A stretch of 64,000 nt of DNA from Pyrinomonadales bacterium (GTDB lineage Bacteria > Acidobacteriota > Blastocatellia > Pyrinomonadales > Pyrinomonadaceae), in assembly GCA_038212935.1 (NCBI GenBank), contig JBBQTV010000002.1, positions 21,004 through 85,003 of the forward strand, read 5' to 3'. Below are positions 1-9,500 of this stretch, in pieces (the stretch's first letter is position 1; every line of letters begins with the position of its first letter). The translations under genes were made by a program, and so were the position numbers. The notes under the pieces were generated by a model. The model saw only the letters and a list, made by a program, of their open reading frames with translations. It made no database searches and was not told where the DNA came from.

Positions 1-9
1 GACGTTAGC

Positions 10-342
10 GTGATCTTTTTTCCCGACGATTACGATTTGGGATCTAACGCGGACGTGCTCGAGAACGCAATTCAGGGCGGCCTTGATTCGGTCAAAGAAT
101 TCGAGCCGAAGATCCTAGAGCAGGAGGACAGTGTGGTCGACGGTCATCCCAGTCGATTCGTATTGGTCGAATCGAACCATGGGCTGATCTTGCGGTTGAA
201 AACCTTCACAGTGAAAAATAGATTGTATACAGCTATGACGGTTACAGAAAAGGGAAAACCCCACGGCTTTAACTCAGAAAATGATTTCGAAGTTATTGCC
301 ATGGCATTTCTAGATTCCGTGCGTCCCATCGAAGCGAAATAG
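10..342 (+). CDS. hypothetical protein (N-terminus may lie outside the window)
   Basis: Frame open from position 10 to a stop at 342; no motif recognised. Confidence 0.25.
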   Translation: MIFFPDDYDLGSNADVLENAIQGGLDSVKEFEPKILEQEDSVVDGHPSRFVLVESNHGLILRLKTFTVKNRLYTAMTVTEKGKPHGFNSENDFEVIAMAFLDSVRPIEAK

Positions 343-887
343 CGGACGTATCAATTGAAGACTTCGGAAATAATGACCGCCTCGTCAGTCTAGCTATTCT
401 GTTTAGGTATTGTTGGGTGAATGTGGGGAAATCGCGGGCGGTAAAGAAAAATATTTTCCAAGTAGCGGTGCAGTTTGAAGAACATTTTTTTAGAAGCCGA
501 GCCCCGACATAAACCGACGCACCTAGAATCATCAAGAATAAAGCCGTAAAAAGTAGATCCTGTTTCCAAACGACTAGGGCGACCACGAGAATGCCTATGC
601 CGCCTATCGCAGTAATCCGCCCGCCTTCTTGCGCCATGTCGTACATTGATTTAGATTCGGGCATCGTTACCGCTCCTTTCTCGTTTTGTGACCCACTAAC
701 ATTTTCCACAACCGGAAACTTCATTTCCAGTAGCACAAAATCTGCCCCAACCATTGAAGAAAGCCCGCAAACAAAGGCGCCTGACTGATTTCGTGCCTTC
801 GCTTCTGCATATGATTCCAATCAGAGACCTTGCGGCCCGGAATCTACCTTTACTTAAACGTGAAATCGGTGTTATTTTTTCCGCCAT

Positions 888-1277
888 ATGGGAACATTCG
901 ATCTAGACGATGCGACGGTCGAGCCGAACGCCGACAAAACACATATCGTTATTTTCCGAACGGTGCTTTTCACCTTACTTGGACTCGTCGCCCTGTCAGC
1001 CGTTGCTGGAGGCGGCTACTACTACGGGAAGTACAGAGACTCGGAATCAAAGGTGGCCGCACTTTCGGAGCAAGTCGGAAATCTCGAAAAGGATATTAAA
1101 GCGATCAAGGCTGAAATCAATGGTCCAGTAGACAATAATCAGGAAGAGTTGAGCGGCCAAATTACAGAGATCGACGAAAAGCTTGATAAGCTTATTCGCG
1201 AGGTTGGAAATGTCGAGTCTTCCGTGTCTAGTATCGAGAGCGACGTAGGTTCTATTCAGTTGAGGATCGGGTACTGA
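888..1277 (+). CDS. membrane-anchored coiled-coil protein, function unknown
   Basis: One hydrophobic helix (IVIFRTVLFTLLGLVALSAVAGGGYYY) followed by a heptad-like E/K/L/I-rich tail; no family recognised. Confidence 0.5.
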   Translation: MGTFDLDDATVEPNADKTHIVIFRTVLFTLLGLVALSAVAGGGYYYGKYRDSESKVAALSEQVGNLEKDIKAIKAEINGPVDNNQEELSGQITEIDEKLDKLIREVGNVESSVSSIESDVGSIQLRIGY

Positions 1278-1331
1278 TTTAGGAGGTGGTTTCGCCGTCG
1301 AATATCCTAAGTTAAGTGCTTTCAATGAGTC

Positions 1332-1979
1332 TTGCAGAGTATGAATTTTACAGAAATTGAAATTCAGTACCTTACCCACGAGGCACAAAATAGCGGACGG
1401 ATAGTCCTAAATGAATTTTATAGTAACGTGCATATTAAAATAGCCGCATTTCGTGAGGAATATGGCGGCATTCCTGAGGCAAACCTGTATGCTACCCAGC
1501 TTCGGGAATGTGCCGCTGCAGTCGTAGACGTTCACGTTAAGCGTTATATTGAACTCGCTGAGGAACTCGAAAGGTATCCGGATGGGGAAGATCTGAGGAG
1601 ACTCTCCGACTTTACACGCCCATATATTACAAAACTCCTTCCGCGTTACCGGGAATTCGCTGAACGACCTTTCGGGGAGATTGTTGCAGGTGAGATCGTT
1701 GATGCTGCCGAACACGCTTTGGAGTTTGATTTAGACACGATATTTTCCGAACACTGGAAACCAATGCTGACGCTTCTTATGAAAGGAAGAGTCGCCGAAG
1801 AACGGTCAAAGTCGACATCGAGAAGTGATGCAAATTCCGCTTCTTCGGCTCCGATCCAACAAATATCAAATACCTTTAATGCCCCAGTGGGGGCGGTTCA
1901 GCAAGGAGACAATTCGTCGGCTTCGGTAGTGTGGTCGACGAGAGAAGATAAAGAACTTGATGCCAGCGGGGACATATAA
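1332..1979 (+). CDS. hypothetical protein with C-terminal NTFNAPVGAVQQGD motif
   Basis: Clean 215-aa ORF. The motif QQISNTFNAPVGAVQQGDNSSA is shared with the convergent neighbour. Confidence 0.5.
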   Translation: MQSMNFTEIEIQYLTHEAQNSGRIVLNEFYSNVHIKIAAFREEYGGIPEANLYATQLRECAAAVVDVHVKRYIELAEELERYPDGEDLRRLSDFTRPYITKLLPRYREFAERPFGEIVAGEIVDAAEHALEFDLDTIFSEHWKPMLTLLMKGRVAEERSKSTSRSDANSASSAPIQQISNTFNAPVGAVQQGDNSSASVVWSTREDKELDASGDI

Positions 1980-1997
1980 TCGATTCTCGGCGAATTA

Positions 1998-3050
1998 TTA
2001 GTCACCCGACAATAGCCGTTTCGTGAGTTCACCGACAACTGTCTTTCCCGCTTCAGTCGCTACACCACCCAGTCCATTAAGAAACAGTCGGATGCGCGAT
2101 TGTTTAGGTACGCCCTTTTCTAGCTCCTCTTCGAGAGCGTCGATATACTCCACGCCAGATTCCGCATTTTCCGACGTGATGTGGCCCCGAAGTTGGTCTA
2201 GCAGTTCGTAAATTTCCTGCATATTCGGTGTGGCTGTTTGGACTATGTTCGCAATATTGCGGTCACCCTGCTGAAAAGCGCCAACGGGAGCGTTAAATGT
2301 ATTATGAGTTTGCTGGAAAAAAGGTGGTGGTGGATCATTCGAATCAACGTCCCGCGAAGAATTACCTGCGTTCACGCCCTCGTGGGTAAGCCAGACTAGA
2401 AATCCACTATCGTCCTTTTGTTCGATTAGTCCCTCACCCTCAAAGTGATCGCTGGCTTTCTCGAGCTCGGTCTTATCCCAGTCGGGATTGGTATCCAGAA
2501 ACAATTGCAATTGCACAGGCGTATACCTTTTGCCGCTGCACTGGTCGAAGATCCATCGGAAAAGATCATTGCGTTTACTCATCTTTTTCTTCTTCGTTTT
2601 ATTGAGCCTTGTCTCCTTCGACTTCAATATTATCTCATTCATTTTAGGTTCTATCTTCAAGAAGGCTCTTTCTTCAAAGAGCGTTAGCATTTGTTCGCGG
2701 TATTCATCAGTCCACTGATTCCTTACCATAGTTATCGTTCCGCCACCAAAAGTGGGAATCATACGACTCTGTTGTTTGATGATATCCTTAGCCCTCTTGA
2801 TAAACTCTAGTACGTCATCGTGCTCAATCAGTTCGCCTTCCGCCTCATATGCGTCGACATATGATTGCATTCTTACCTCTGCCATTCTTGCCGCCGCCTC
2901 GATTTTTAGAGTGTAATCGGTTTGAGCTGTATTTTCATGGCTAACAAACTTGTCATTCTCCACTTTCTTTTTCGCCTCTTCAAAGATTATTCGCGATGCG
3001 TGAAAAAACTTTGCATCTGCATATTCTTCAGCTTCTTTGCTTATTTTCAT
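1998..3050 (-). CDS. hypothetical protein, winged-helix-like middle, NTFNAPVGAFQQGD motif
   Basis: 350-aa ORF. The central segment (RWIFDQCSGKRYTPVQLQLFL...GLIEQKDDSGFLVWLTHEG) looks wHTH-like. Carries the motif FQQTHNTFNAPVGAFQQGDRNIANIV. Confidence 0.55.
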   Translation of the reverse strand: MKISKEAEEYADAKFFHASRIIFEEAKKKVENDKFVSHENTAQTDYTLKIEAAARMAEVRMQSYVDAYEAEGELIEHDDVLEFIKRAKDIIKQQSRMIPTFGGGTITMVRNQWTDEYREQMLTLFEERAFLKIEPKMNEIILKSKETRLNKTKKKKMSKRNDLFRWIFDQCSGKRYTPVQLQLFLDTNPDWDKTELEKASDHFEGEGLIEQKDDSGFLVWLTHEGVNAGNSSRDVDSNDPPPPFFQQTHNTFNAPVGAFQQGDRNIANIVQTATPNMQEIYELLDQLRGHITSENAESGVEYIDALEEELEKGVPKQSRIRLFLNGLGGVATEAGKTVVGELTKRLLSGD

Positions 3051-3058
3051 AAATCGTA

Positions 3059-3098
3059 AAAAAGGCTTCGCCCGTTGATGGACGAAGCCTTTTGTTTA
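3059..3098. terminator. bidirectional-looking hairpin (A-run, 7-10 bp stem, T-run)
   Basis: aaaaaaGGCTTCGcccgttgatggaCGAAGCCttttgttt sits just upstream of the start of the minus-strand gene 1998..3050. It could insulate that gene from transcription arriving from either side. Confidence 0.45.
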
Positions 3099-3460
3099 CG
3101 GGCGAACTATAATGCAGTTCGAAGCAAGCTGTGGGGCACGCCCAGATAAATTTCTAGGCGTGAGGATACCATAGATAAAGCAAATTTCAACTGGAAAGCC
3201 GCGGCGGGTGCCGATGGTAAATATTGTGTAGCGGACTGGCCGCACGGTTACGCAGGCGGTTTTACACCCGCAGGAGTTGCGTGGCCGGTTTGATGAGAAT
3301 AGGGCTAGTCGAAGCCTTACTTTTTCGCGATATGTCTTTCCATTAATTTGGCGCCCGCCATGCATCCATTTTCGTAGTCGTGCATCTCACAAAAATAGAA
3401 ATACGGATTTTGAATAATCGTTAATTAAAAGTATCTAAAAATCGAAGCGAGGTAAATTTT

Positions 3461-4522
3461 ATGAAGGGCTTTGCAAGTATCAGCCTTACGGTTGTGGTGT
3501 GTCTTTGTATCGGAGTTGTGTCGGCATTCGGACAGACCGCATATCGGATATCGGCCCCGTACACGCACCAGAATTTGACGATCTTCCTTATCCACGGTGA
3601 AGTCACAAGCAGCACTAAAGATTTGATCCCGCTACAGGAGGCGATGGAGATGGGGATCTTCAAGGTTTATGAAACTGAGGATGTGGAAGAGCTAATCGTC
3701 GAAAACATCTCGCCGAAGTATGACGTTTTCATACAGTCCGGGGATATCGTTAAGGGCGGAAAGCAGGACCGCGTGCTTGCGATCAGCATCATCGTTCCGC
3801 GAAACTCCGGCAAGGTCTCGATTGAAGCTTTCTGCGTTGAATCAGACAGATGGGACGACCGCGGCGATGAAAGCAGTAAAGAATTTTCTTCATCGAAGGA
3901 AAGAATTGTTTCTAAGGAGTTGAAGATCGCGACCAATGGAACTGGATCAGGATCTGGAACGGGTTCGGGATCGGCATCGGGATCAGGAGGGGGTTCGGGA
4001 AGGGGTTCACAAACAGAAGTTTGGAATCAGGTGGCGAACGCACAGAGTAATATGTCTGCCAACGTGACGGTCGATGTAACGGCAAACAGTTCAGCCTCGA
4101 GCCTGCAGCTTTCGCTTGAGAATAAGAAACTTGTAAAGACCAGGGAAGAGTTCGCAAAGAAATTCTCTGATCTTACTAAAGGCAAGACTGACATCATCGG
4201 GTATGCCTTCGCCATCAACGGCCAGATAAACAGCGCCGATATCTACGTGTCCAATCACCTCTTCAACAAGGTCTGGCCGAAGATGCTAAACGCGGCCGTC
4301 ACCGAAGCGATCTCGCTGGCTGATCAAACAAAATTGGAGATGGTACCGACCGCCGGCGATATCAGCACCTTTCTCTCGGAGGCCGATAAAGGAACACCGA
4401 AAGAACGTCTAACCGTTGCCAAATCAAAAGTGATTACTCGAGCGACAAAAAACGAAGTAGTGTACGAGGCGAGAGATAAAGCGGACATCGTCATTCATCG
4501 TAGCTACGTGAAATTGAACTGA
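3461..4522 (+). CDS. secreted protein, N-terminal DUF6569/ARPP-1-like region plus Gly-Ser linker
   Basis: GAGG Shine-Dalgarno upstream. Signal peptide MKGFASISLTVVVCLCIGVVSAFG. The blocks GDIVKGGKQDRVL and AFCVESDRW resemble the DUF6569/ARPP-1-like family as I recall it. A GTGSGSGTGSGSASGSGGGSGRGS linker is present. Confidence 0.5.
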   Translation: MKGFASISLTVVVCLCIGVVSAFGQTAYRISAPYTHQNLTIFLIHGEVTSSTKDLIPLQEAMEMGIFKVYETEDVEELIVENISPKYDVFIQSGDIVKGGKQDRVLAISIIVPRNSGKVSIEAFCVESDRWDDRGDESSKEFSSSKERIVSKELKIATNGTGSGSGTGSGSASGSGGGSGRGSQTEVWNQVANAQSNMSANVTVDVTANSSASSLQLSLENKKLVKTREEFAKKFSDLTKGKTDIIGYAFAINGQINSADIYVSNHLFNKVWPKMLNAAVTEAISLADQTKLEMVPTAGDISTFLSEADKGTPKERLTVAKSKVITRATKNEVVYEARDKADIVIHRSYVKLN

Positions 4523-5103
4523 TCGAGCCGCACCACCGCGCAAAACCTAAATAAGGTCTCAGTTTTTGTCCGGCAACCGCAAGGTGGAATCTAGCGGGTC
4601 CGAGCTGCCAAATGTATTATCCTAGCCGTATGATTGATGATCGATCCATCCTATCGAACGCGGGGGTTGCCGCTTCGTCTGAGGAACGTGCCGAACAACT
4701 CCGCCAAATGAACGAACACCTTACGCTAGAATCGGCGAACCTTGAGGCCGAACGCGAGCGGTCCCGGCTTTCGGCTATTGAATATGATCGCCGTGAGCGT
4801 GTGAGATTCGAAGAGCTCAACCTAGATGATGTAATCGAAATTCCCGGCCGTGAGGGGGGCGAGACTACCATCATCAGATGCGTGATTAATAAAGGAGCGC
4901 GTCTGCGATACATGCCGCAGGAAAGTGGTTGAGTCAATTCAAGAGTGCAGATGGTATAAGAATGTACTTCGCACTATTAATTTGAAGTTGCAGACCGCTT
5001 GTGGACGAACTAGTTTCTTTCTCGCTTTCCGAGATTCTAACTAAATGACCAACGATCAAGATGTTCAGGTTCAACTCGACCAAGTAAAAGAGGCGATCTT
5101 AGA

Positions 5104-6510
5104 TTAAGATTTGAAATTCTTGAAATCGCCCCAAACGGCGACTGTTATTCCAGGGGTTTGGACATTGAAGAACAGGGTGGTCCCGTCGGGACTAAATGTT
5201 GCCCCGGCGACTTCTGACTCGTCATACCCAGCAAGGATATTGCGGGCAAAATCGGCGATCTTTCCGTTTGAGGAGAGGATCCGGACATAGTTGTCTTCCG
5301 TCCCACCCAAACCTTTGTAATCGCTATCTTCGCACATGTATAGATTGGCGGAATTTGGGTCGAGACAAATGTTGTCCGGCATGTCCAACAGCTCGCGATC
5401 CGGCGACTCAAAGAGAAGCGTCAAGCGTCCCTTGTCTTTGCCAGTCGGTTCGTACAGCCAGACCTGTCCGCCACCGGCGTCGCCGCCACTTGATGAAACA
5501 AAATAGATCTTTCCATCCGGCGATGACCAGCAACCCTCGAGTTTATTGAAATGGGCCGCGCCTTTTCGGGCACCCTGCTTAAAGACGGCCTGTTCGTCTG
5601 TATCCGATCTAGTTGTGTTCGGATCGTCGATCGTGACCCAGCGGGCATCGAAAGCCGTTCCCTGTGTCTGGCCAAACTGGGTGTTGTAGTTTGGCTTTTT
5701 GTGGATCGCCAGCATCTGGAGCACGCCGCCATCTGCCAAGCGGTTTCGCCTGCTTGGGATATAACGATAAAATCCGCAGAATGGCTTAGCGTCTTCGGTC
5801 AAGTAAACGATACCTGAATGTGGATCGACCGCGATCGCCTCATGCGAAAAGCGTCCCATCGCTGTCAAAGGCACGGGCGGAAGTGAGTTATTAGCTGATG
5901 CCTGAACCTCGAAGCAGTATCCATGCGGTTTTGGATAGCCGCCGACCGGCTCATCGTCGTCATCGGTATATTTTGTCGTACCGTGTGTCGTCTCTTCGCA
6001 GGATATCCATGATCCCCAGGGCGTCGGGCCTCCGGCACAATTGTTCAACGTTCCGCTGAGACTAACGAAATCGCGTTCGATCAGCCGCGTACGCGGATCG
6101 ATCACAAGCGTGGTCGTTCCGCCGCCTGCCATTTCGTCATAATGATTTGACGTGCCGATCGCAACTCCGGTTTTCGGCACATCGTCATTGATCTCGTGAT
6201 TGCGTACGAGCCGAAGCTCGTTGCCCACCTTGAACGCGGCCATGCCGTCGTGCTCGTTCGGTGTTAGCTGTCCATCGGACATCTTGTCGCCTGTTTTGCC
6301 AATAACGGTGTATTCAAATCCGCGCGGCAGAGCGAGGACCCTCTCTCCGGTGTTCTTGGCGGCGGTCGGTACCAGTTCGCCAAATCCCACGGCACGCATG
6401 GCCTCGACCGACCCGCGTCTCTCTGCACCTTCGGCAAGTTTTGAAAATCCGCCAAACGCGGTAAACAAACCCGCTGCCGAGGTTGAAGTGATAAAGCTTC
6501 TTCTGTCCAT
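5104..6510 (-). CDS. phoX: PhoX-like / DUF839 beta-propeller phosphatase, Tat-exported
   Basis: Twin-arginine signal MDRRSFITSTSAAGLF. The block LNNCAGGPTPWGSWISCEE is typical of DUF839/PhoX. Confidence 0.7.
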   Translation of the reverse strand: MDRRSFITSTSAAGLFTAFGGFSKLAEGAERRGSVEAMRAVGFGELVPTAAKNTGERVLALPRGFEYTVIGKTGDKMSDGQLTPNEHDGMAAFKVGNELRLVRNHEINDDVPKTGVAIGTSNHYDEMAGGGTTTLVIDPRTRLIERDFVSLSGTLNNCAGGPTPWGSWISCEETTHGTTKYTDDDDEPVGGYPKPHGYCFEVQASANNSLPPVPLTAMGRFSHEAIAVDPHSGIVYLTEDAKPFCGFYRYIPSRRNRLADGGVLQMLAIHKKPNYNTQFGQTQGTAFDARWVTIDDPNTTRSDTDEQAVFKQGARKGAAHFNKLEGCWSSPDGKIYFVSSSGGDAGGGQVWLYEPTGKDKGRLTLLFESPDRELLDMPDNICLDPNSANLYMCEDSDYKGLGGTEDNYVRILSSNGKIADFARNILAGYDESEVAGATFSPDGTTLFFNVQTPGITVAVWGDFKNFKS

Positions 6511-6578
6511 AAGCCAAGTTTAACAAAAGCGGAAACGGAAGATGTTACAGAACCCGTTATCGCTTAAATGTGGACGCG

Positions 6579-9308
6579 TTACCAGTCCAATTTTACGCCG
6601 AACATCGACCACCATTTGTATCGCTCGTCCTGGCGTATCCGGTTCGAGACGCCTTCGTAACTTACGAATGGTCGATCATTGATGTTGATGAACTCAGCGA
6701 AGATCCGAACGTTTTTTGTAAGACGCTGGCTCGCTGAGAAATCGAACTGCAGGTGGTTGTCAACAAAAAGGTCGAATGCGGGCGATCCTGCAACCTCGCT
6801 CAAATATCGGTCTCGATAATGGAGCGACCCGCGGCCAGAGAAGCCATACTTCTCATAGAATACCGAGAAATTCGCCACGTTCTTTGCCTGGCCGGGCAAA
6901 ATGGAATCGCGTCCAGGTTCGCCGATCTCCTCATTCGGCAGCACTGCGTCCGAATTTACATACGTATAATTAGCGTAAACTCCAAAGCCGTCCAGCGGTT
7001 TAGGAAGAAAGCTGAATCGTTGGTTATACGAGAGCTCGAGACCGTAAAGGCTTGCACTCTCTCCGTTCCTCGGCTCGAGCACTTCGAACGTCGTTGGTTC
7101 GCCGCCAAAGGCGAGATCTTCTTCGAACCTGAACGGGAAAATGTAATTCTTAAGCCGTTTGTAAAAAAATCCGCCTGAGATCACCCCGACGTTTTGGAAG
7201 TAGTGTTCAATGAGTACATCGAAGTTGTCAGAGGTCGTCGGAAGAAGGAACGGGTTTCCGCGTTCAACTTCGCTGTCTTCTCGCAAGATCAGTTGGAATG
7301 GAACCAGATCGACGTAGTTTGGCCGCGCGAGGGAACGGGTATAAGCAACTCGGAAGTTTGTGTTGTCGCCAAACCTATATTTTGCGTGGATGGATGGGAA
7401 CCAGTTTCGGAAAGAGTTGTCGCCGTCGAGCTGCTCGGTCAGGTCATAATCACCTTCGTCATCGAACAAAACCCTGAACCCGGTGTATTCAACGTCCGTT
7501 TGCTCATAACGAAGTCCGGGAACTAGGACGAACCTGTCACCAAAGCCGAGCTGGGCCATCGCGTAGAATGCAAAGATGTTCTCGCGGGCGTCATAATCTG
7601 CAGAATCTTCTTCGAAAAGCTTTTCGCTTTCGGCGGTCGGAGAATTGCGTATTGCCGCCACCCTTTGTGGATCTTGAAAAAAGGGCAGAAACTCGTAAAC
7701 TCCGCTGCGGTAGGATGTTTTGTTAAAATTCGGATCAAGAATATCGACCAAAAAAAGATCTTCGTCGAGACCAAACTCGAACTCCTCGTTGTCGCGTTCC
7801 TTGCGGTTGAAACGATTCTTGATTCCAAACTTCAACGTTCCGGCAAAATTGTTGCGGGTCGGCAGTGGAACGGCTACATTGAACTGAGCGGTAAAACTTC
7901 TTTCCGCCGTGAAGTTATCGCCGGATGTAAGCTCGTCGAAAACAAACTGGTTGATATCTTGATTAAGCGGATTTGCCTGAATATTTTCGGGATCTATCGA
8001 GTCAGGCGAAACGTTCGGAGCGAATTCAACATCTTCTTGAAGGAAAGCTGAGCTGATATTCTTGGGCTCGTCTTCCTCGGCGTAGCCGTAAGAAAGGCGA
8101 TAATCGATCATGATCGAGCGGCCAAGCAGGTGCCGTCCGCCACCGGCGAACTGATAGATCCGTTGTGTCTCCAAGCGATCCCGAAGCTCGCGGGCGATCT
8201 CGTTATCCGCAACCTTGTACCCCACAACCCGCCGAAATTCGTCGTCTTTGAAATCATTAAAGATGCCGCGAAAATAGATCTCCGAGGTATTGGAAAATCG
8301 GTAATCGACATAAGGATTGATTCCCCAGCGCCGTCGATTGACCTGATAGTCTCGAATCTCGATCTCCTCAAGGAAGCCTTCGTCGTAGGCTGGTTCGGTG
8401 CTTTCCGACCCGCGACGAGTATTCAAGTAGCTTCCTGAAAAAAGGAAACCTAATTTCTTATTCGCGAAGCGGCGGCCGAATGTACCGTTAAAGTTCTCGA
8501 TCCCATCATTCACCAATCGGTTATAGCCCAGTCCGAATGTTAGGGAAACGCGCGTCCGTTCGGGTGCTCCTTTGGTTATCAAATTAACGGCACCACCAAT
8601 TGAGTCTGCGTCCTGATCGGCCGTCAGAGCTTTTGTGACCTCGATCGAATCTAGTAAATCTGCCGGTATCACATCCAGAGCGACCTGCCGAACATCGCCT
8701 TCAGGTGAAGGAACTCGCTCGCCGTTTATCTGCGTTGAGTTGAGGCGAGCCTCGGTTCCGCGAACCTGAACGTATCGGCCTTCACCCTGATCGCGCTCGA
8801 TCGTAATACCGGGAATTCGCTGGGCAGCTTCCGCCGCATTCGGATCGGGAAAACGTCCGATCTGATCCGAGGAAACAATGCTCTGAATGTTCAAAGATTC
8901 TTTTTGCTGGTTAAGAGCTCTTGCCTGACCCTCAAGGATCGGCGATTCGACGGTGACCGTTTCACTGATACCGGCAGACAGTGAAACGTCGACGCTGGAT
9001 GGCTGCGAGCCGGCAACAACAGTTACATCGATTATCTGCGAATCAAACCCAAGATAGCTGACCTCTATTTTCTGTGGGCCTGCCGGTACTCGAAGCAGTG
9101 AAAATGCGCCGGTGCGATCGGTCTCTGCCGAAAGCGGCGTTCCGTCAACCCTGACGCTCGCTCCAGGCAAGGCATTTCCCGTAGTGCCGTCTAACACGCG
9201 TCCCGAAATACTCCCGGAACCTTGAGCCATCGCAGCCGTGGCCGAAAATGCGATAAGAAACAAAAAGGCAATAGGGCGAATAGCCCAAGATAGACGATTC
9301 ATAATCAA
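6579..9308 (-). CDS. TonB-dependent receptor with N-terminal carboxypeptidase-regulatory-like domain
   Basis: Signal peptide, CarboxypepD_reg-like ISGRVLDGTTGNALPGASVRVDG, plug-like region, about 900 aa, terminal aromatic residue (..FGVKLDW). Confidence 0.85.
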   Translation of the reverse strand: MIMNRLSWAIRPIAFLFLIAFSATAAMAQGSGSISGRVLDGTTGNALPGASVRVDGTPLSAETDRTGAFSLLRVPAGPQKIEVSYLGFDSQIIDVTVVAGSQPSSVDVSLSAGISETVTVESPILEGQARALNQQKESLNIQSIVSSDQIGRFPDPNAAEAAQRIPGITIERDQGEGRYVQVRGTEARLNSTQINGERVPSPEGDVRQVALDVIPADLLDSIEVTKALTADQDADSIGGAVNLITKGAPERTRVSLTFGLGYNRLVNDGIENFNGTFGRRFANKKLGFLFSGSYLNTRRGSESTEPAYDEGFLEEIEIRDYQVNRRRWGINPYVDYRFSNTSEIYFRGIFNDFKDDEFRRVVGYKVADNEIARELRDRLETQRIYQFAGGGRHLLGRSIMIDYRLSYGYAEEDEPKNISSAFLQEDVEFAPNVSPDSIDPENIQANPLNQDINQFVFDELTSGDNFTAERSFTAQFNVAVPLPTRNNFAGTLKFGIKNRFNRKERDNEEFEFGLDEDLFLVDILDPNFNKTSYRSGVYEFLPFFQDPQRVAAIRNSPTAESEKLFEEDSADYDARENIFAFYAMAQLGFGDRFVLVPGLRYEQTDVEYTGFRVLFDDEGDYDLTEQLDGDNSFRNWFPSIHAKYRFGDNTNFRVAYTRSLARPNYVDLVPFQLILREDSEVERGNPFLLPTTSDNFDVLIEHYFQNVGVISGGFFYKRLKNYIFPFRFEEDLAFGGEPTTFEVLEPRNGESASLYGLELSYNQRFSFLPKPLDGFGVYANYTYVNSDAVLPNEEIGEPGRDSILPGQAKNVANFSVFYEKYGFSGRGSLHYRDRYLSEVAGSPAFDLFVDNHLQFDFSASQRLTKNVRIFAEFININDRPFVSYEGVSNRIRQDERYKWWSMFGVKLDW

Positions 9309-9361
9309 GCTCCGTTTGGTTTGTCTTATGTAGGGAACAAACGAAACTATAATCTGAGCAT

Positions 9362-9400
9362 GTTATCGACTCGTTACATTTCCATTACTTTACAGTTACT
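9362..9400. promoter_or_regulatory. four direct hexamer repeats at exact 11-bp spacing (Pho-box-like)
   Basis: GTTATC (9362), GTTACA (9373), ATTACT (9384) and GTTACT (9395) lie in the divergent intergenic region between the TonB receptor/phoX-like operon and the btaA-like gene. Confidence 0.45.
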
Positions 9401-9500
9401 AAATCGCGCAGACCGCACAAACACAGAATCCGGCTAATTAATAGTCATTTAAGATAATTGTCACACAGGTGTTTGTCTCGAGTTCCAAGATTCTAATTAA

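Noticed and set aside
293-820. 175-aa minus-strand ORF, possibly a small two-TM membrane protein starting at an internal Met.
   Set aside because: It overlaps the end of the 10..342 ORF and several other short ORFs. The only support is a hydrophobic stretch (ITAIGGIGILVVALVVW...FLMILGASVYV), which is insufficient.
3096-3420. ORF-poor, GC-richer segment that I suspected might be a structured RNA (RNase P, tmRNA, riboswitch).
   Set aside because: I could not find any diagnostic conserved strings: no RNase P P4 sequence, no tmRNA tag or tRNA-like end, and no B12, TPP or FMN boxes. No convincing long-range pairing was found by eye. The 89-aa ORF at 3096..3365 has no RBS or motif support either. 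Left unannotated; an Infernal scan would settle it.
3937-4010. Short-period DNA repeat (ggatc/ggaac/gggtc units) that might have been a CRISPR-like or VNTR array.
   Set aside because: It is in frame inside the 3461..4522 gene and simply encodes a Gly-Ser linker. No CRISPR-like repeat-spacer array was seen anywhere in the window.
4612-4937. Mirror-image 106-aa ORFs on both strands.
   Set aside because: There is no RBS, no motif and no basis for choosing a strand. The plus-strand product is charged and helical and could be real, but I cannot support it.
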